From: Octopus bimaculoides
Taxonomy: Eukaryota
Length of the DNA: 64,000 nt
Assembly: GCF_001194135.2 (NCBI RefSeq)
Contig: NC_068989.1
Location: 88,260,218 to 88,324,217, forward strand
Reading direction: 5' to 3'
Shown here: positions 59,396-64,000 of the stretch, one piece after another
How the letters are laid out: each line of letters starts with the position of its first letter
How positions within the stretch are numbered: the stretch's first letter is position 1
Notes under the pieces: generated by a model
Databases searched by the model: none
What the model saw: only the letters and a program-made list of their open reading frames with translations
What the model was told of the DNA's origin: nothing
Program-made: the position numbers and the translations under genes

Positions 59396-59820
59396 TCTTT
59401 TTATTCTTTTATTCTTTTACTTGTTTCAGTCATTTGACTGCGGCCGTGCAAAAACACCGCCTTTAGCCGAGCAAATCGACCCCAGGACTTATTCTTTTGT
59501 AAGCCTAGTGCTTACCCTATCGGTCTCTTTTTGCCAAACCACAAAGTTACGGGGACATAAACACACCAGCATTGGTTGTCAAGCGATGTTGAGGGGACAA
59601 ACACAGACATACAAACACACACACACACATATATATACACACACATACATATATACATATATACAACAGGCTTCTTTCAGTTTTCGTCTACCAAATCCAC
59701 TCACAAGGCTTTGGTCGGCCCGAGGCTATAGTAGAAGACACTTCCCCAAGGTGCCACACAGTGGGACTGATCCCATAACCATGCGGTTGGTAAGCAAGCT
59801 ACTTACCACACAGCCATCAA
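59395..59820 (-). mobile_element. SINE-B, full length, young-looking
   Basis: Tail, (CA/TA)n, head. Confidence 0.92.
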
Positions 59821-61374
59821 CCATATGAATTTCACCAGTTTCACAGAGCCTGTGAAGATGAAGAGCACTGCATCTTCCTCTTGACTAAATCATAAACAAT
59901 GGCACATTTGTTGTGGATGGATGATACCAGTGTGGAGAAAAGTCTTTTGAAGAGTAAAGGGTAGCATTATCTGCAGAGCAGTGTGCACAATATTTAAATT
60001 ACAATGAGAAGGTTTTAAAACACTAGAAGGAAGTGTTTGACGGACAGAACCAAGTCCTGAAGTATTCCAATGTTGTTAAATGAAATATATAATGATACTC
60101 ATCTATTATTCTTAATTTAATCTCAGACCAACTTTCTGAAATTCCTCACCTAAATTTTTATAAATAAATAATGTCTTTTACTAACATAATTGAAGTTTAT
60201 TTCTGCTATCCTTCCCCAAGCCAAACTAATGCCATCTGTCTTCCTTTATTCCTGATTTTTCCAATTTATCACTTTTGTACTTCCAGATGGATGAAAAAGC
60301 ATAATTTCACTCAGGTGAAAAGTATTTGTATTATTTGGAACTACCTTGGAGAAGTGATGGTAATGGAAGATTCAATGTCTTTTCATTTTGTTTTTGTTTT
60401 TACTGAATAAATAAATCTTTGTATGGTGGAGTGATGAAGGCCTTGTGAAGTGGGATTTTGTAGAATACAAGAACAAAAACAATGGCCAAGATTAAGATTT
60501 ATAAAAAGAGCTGAAATTCAAACCAACAAGTATACGATGTTAAAGTCTTAATGCACCCAGTTAATGTTGTAAAGTGGTTGGCATTAGGAAGACCATTCAG
60601 CTATAGTAATCATGCCAAAGCAGACACTGGAGCATCTTGTGGTCCTTAGACGAAGCAGATCCTGTTAAAACCCACACCAGCAGGGAATATGGACATAAAA
60701 TGACGCCAACACTGACTCCAAAAACGATCTCTGAATATCAAAAGCTAATAACTTTTCCCACACACACAGAACAAAAGTAAGCTTACACATTCCCTTGACC
60801 TTTTCATTGGCATATTTCTGATGAAATACACAGTTTTTGTTTCACTTAATACTGAAAATAAGGTAAAATTTAGTAAAATAGCTGGTGACTGGAACATGAA
60901 TTAGCAAGTTTCGATGGGAGGTTTTAATTTACATCATAGAACCAAAGGCAGTCTTAGGAGGGTATCAAAAAATTTTAAGTGAAATCAGAAGGTAAAAAGC
61001 ATATTTATGTTCTTTCTTATTCATGGTTTAGTCAGAGAAAGAAAGATAGCGTCCATGAGCAATTTCAGGGCCTACATGAGTGATAGGAGGAAGAGAATAA
61101 GTTACCTTCAGACCAAAGATCTAGTTCAAATGCTTTCTTAAAGCACCCAAGATCAGGATGTAGGATAGGCTAGAAATCCTGAGGGGCTTTCTAAGGCTTC
61201 AACCCACCTCAGAAGGGAATATGTGACCCACTCATTTCATAGTTGGATAATTAGTGATTCAGAGGGTAACTAGGTGTAAGAAACAACTGCTCCAAACTCA
61301 TTTATGTACAGAGAAAAATAGGTAGAGATGCCTCCAGCCCAGTATTATACAGCTAGTCAAGGGGTCTTCGTGAC

Positions 61375-61535
61375 ATCACTAGTGCTTAGTACACTCTGTA
61401 AAGTGGTTGACATTAGGAAGGGCATCCATCTGTAGAAACCATGCTAAAAACAGACACTGGAGCTTGACACAGCTCTCTGACTTGCCAGATTCTGTCAAAC
61501 TAGCCAATCCATGGCTGCATGGAATATGGACACTA
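61375..61535 (+). mobile_element. SINE-A
   Basis: GTACACTCTGTAAAGTGGTTGACATTAGGAAGGGCATCCATCTGTAGAAACC. Confidence 0.82.
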
Positions 61536-61554
61536 AATGGAGATACCCAAGGAC

Positions 61555-61985
61555 ATACTAGAAGACACTTACTTACACAAGGTGCCATGCAGCAGGACTG
61601 AACCTGGAACCATGTGGTTGGGAAGCAAGCTTCTTACCAGACAGCCACATATTATATATATACACACACACACATGATGCCCTTTCACACAGTTTTTATC
61701 TACTCAATTGACAAGGCACTGATTCGCCTGGGGCTATAGTAGAAGACACTCACCCAGGATGCCAGGCAGTGAAACTGAACCTGGAACCATTTGGTTGGGA
61801 AGCAAGCTTCTTACCACACAGCCACATATTATACACACACACACACACAATGCCCTTCCACACAGTTTTTATCTACTCAATTGACTTACAAGGCATTGAT
61901 CGGCCTGGGGCTATAGTAGAAGACACTTGCCCAAGGTATTGTACTCAGGCACTGAACCCAAAATCTTAACCACACAGCCATGTTT
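61555..61985 (-). repeat. Locally tandem-duplicated SINE-B head (~180-bp unit, 2.5 copies)
   Basis: Shared private variants CCACATATTATA and ACACAGTTTTTATCTACTCAATTGAC in adjacent copies. Confidence 0.85.
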
Positions 61986-62829
61986 GTGTGCATATTCACA
62001 CACATCTACATACAAACTGTTCGTACACTATTATGCATTATACACACAACGCAATATAAGTTAATGTGTGTGTCTGTGTGTCCACACACATACTGACGTA
62101 GTCATATCAAAGTGATGTTATTGTAGGAATGTTACCAAGTTATTTTAGTTACTTAGCAACCACAGTCTCATAGTTGAAATATATTTGAGACGAAACAAAC
62201 ATGTTCAGATCAGCTGTTTCATGACCAACACCATCTGTCTGGCCGTCTGTTTGTCTATCGCTTTCTCTCTACTTAGAGAAAAGTAACCTTTACAGGTTCC
62301 CTCAAATCATACCCTAATGCCTTAAATAAAGAGTGACATATATTTGACAATGCAGCCCTGGGGGGGGGGGGACAAGCTTGCTTCCCAACCACATTGTCAT
62401 GAGTTCAGTCTCCTGGCGTGTGTATTCTACTATAGCCTCGGACTGACCAAAGCCTTCTGAGTGGGTTTAGTAGACAGAAACTGAAAGAAGCCTGTTGTGT
62501 GTGTATGTGCACATATATACACATACACAAAGTCACACATTGATNNNNNNNNNNNNNNNNNNNNNNNNNNNNNNNNNNNNNNNNNNNNNNNNNNNNNNNN
62601 NNNNNNNNNNNNATATATTGGTTTGACTACCATCCATGCAACATTTATATTCCTCCCTGTGCCTGTTAAATCGTATGCCCCTGCATAAGGCTTTACTTCC
62701 ACACACGCCAGCTTAATTAAATTCGTCCTTAGTTAAAAGACACCTGTTGTTATGTCCTGTTAATTGCATTTGTATTTGTGTAACATTTCTGTTTTTTTTC
62801 TGTCCTTGTTTTCGTATACATTTGCTGCT

Positions 62830-63370
62830 TTCTTCCAAGGGACACTTTGGAAGAGGTAGACACAGGAAGATCTGGGATGAGGTGGTGGAGCACGACCTTC
62901 GAACAGTGGGCCTTACCGAGGCAATGACTAGTGACCAAGACCTTTGGAAATATGCTTGAGAAGACCTGACAAGCCAAGTGAGACCGTAGCCCGTGGCCTA
63001 TGCCAGTGGGTGTAACCAGCCCACTTATGAGTGCCCCTCATTCATTAGATAATAAGCTTTGCTTGCAAGGACCTATTGAGGCACGTGTAAACAAATCAAA
63101 ATCGCTGACGTGGCTGATGACAGTACCGCCTGATTGGCACTCGTGCCAATGGAACATTAAAAGCACATCCGAGCATGATTGTTGCATACCATTGGCACGA
63201 GTGCCAATTTGCATGACACCGGTATCTGCTATGACTGTGCGATTTTGCTCAGCTTAATGGATCTTCTTCTCAAGCACAACATAATGCCAAAGGTCTTGGT
63301 CATTGCCTCCATGAGATCCAACACTCAAAAGGAACTTGGTCACTTTGCCTCCATCAGGCCCAGAGATAAT
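62830..63370 (+). mobile_element. RTE LINE 3' end: ORF2 C-terminus plus 3' UTR running into the SINE-A sub-repeat
   Basis: GHFGRGRHRKIWDEVVEHDLRTVGLTEAMTSDQDLWKYA (RTE RGRPxKTW motif), then CAGTACCGCCTGATTGGCACTCGTGCC..AAAAGCAC. Confidence 0.88.
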
Positions 63371-63454
63371 ATATATANNNNNNNNNNNNNNNNNNNNNNN
63401 NNNNNNNNNNNNNNNNNNNNNNNNNNNNNNNNNNNNNNNNNTATATATATATAT

Positions 63455-63950
63455 ATATGAAACCATGCCAAATCTGACGAGTCTGGTACAGCTCCCCAGT
63501 TTGCCAGCTCTGGTCACACCCTCCAACCCAAACTAGCATGGACAACGAAAGTTGAGGATGATGATGCTGAAATATGATGGGCTTCTTTCAGTTTCCATCT
63601 ACCAAATCCACTCACAAGGCTTTAGTCAGCCTGAGGCTATAGTAGAAGACACTTGCCCAGAATGCCTCACAATGGGACAGAACCCGGAACCATGTGGTTG
63701 GGAAGCAAGCTTCTCACCACACAGCCACGCCTATACATACATATTTACATGTGTGTTTGTATGTGTGTGTGGGTGAGTGTGTATACACACACAATGGGTT
63801 CTACGCAGTTTCTATCAATCTAATTCAATCACAAGGCCTTGGTCGGCCCAGGGCTATATTAGAAGACATTTGCACAAAGTGCTGCACAGTAGGACTGAAT
63901 CCAAAACCATTTAGTTGGAAACTGAGCTTATAACCACACAGCCATATCAG
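63455..63950. mobile_element. SINE-A 3' end (+) followed by two SINE-B heads (-)
   Basis: Family motifs as above. Confidence 0.85.
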
Positions 63951-63964
63951 TAAACTATACATAT

Positions 63965-64000
<36 letters not shown>

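Noticed and set aside
7381-63545. Long ORFs in the track containing X runs
   Set aside because: They are artefacts of translating N gaps
2257-63950. tRNA genes
   Set aside because: Box A/B-like motifs occur only as SINE heads without a complete cloverleaf

Overview
Eukaryotic, AT-rich, repeat-dense genomic DNA from a gapped draft assembly. N-runs lie at about 7.5-7.9, 9.39, 15.4, 16.6-17.3, 22.0-22.5, 42.4-43.2, 49.0-49.4, 49.69, 62.5-62.6 and 63.4 kb. The dominant interspersed repeats match what I recall of Octopus (coleoid cephalopod) repeats; this is recognition, not a database hit. Most of the window is intron-like. It holds dozens of SINE-like copies from five families that I label for convenience. 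A is an RTE-LINE 3' tail ending in (GAT)n. B is a tRNA/CORE-like head plus internal microsatellite plus tail. C starts GGCGGCGAGCTGGCAGAA and has an (ATT)n tail. D is a tRNA-like head plus TTGAGCAAGACAC body. F is a B head with an RTE-like tail. There are also decayed CR1-like and RTE LINEs, Tc1 and mariner transposase remnants, and hAT-, piggyBac- and pogo-type MITEs. No intact long ORF, tRNA, rRNA or CRISPR array is present; the ORF track is almost all microsatellite, N-run or antisense-to-TE artefact. The best gene evidence is the 5' end of a minus-strand spliced gene leaving a CpG-rich, repeat-poor domain at 40-44.7 kb: candidate first exon MTELDEE at 41.65 kb and a well-supported 144-nt Gln-rich exon at 38.0-38.2 kb. 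I cannot name this gene. The most interesting leads are two diverged tandem exon-like units at 40.7-41.2 kb that each fold a stem over their own splice acceptor, an 11-nt microexon with a 110-nt AG-free zone at 7.95 kb, a recursive-splice or internal-promoter site at 19.4-20.0 kb, a mariner fragment bracketed by inverted 15-bp repeat arrays at 31.3-31.5 kb, and stem-conserved, loop-variable hairpin modules in the RTE-derived repeat. All exon and structure calls were made by eye and need RNA-seq or comparative confirmation. Repeat boundaries are approximate (tens of bp).
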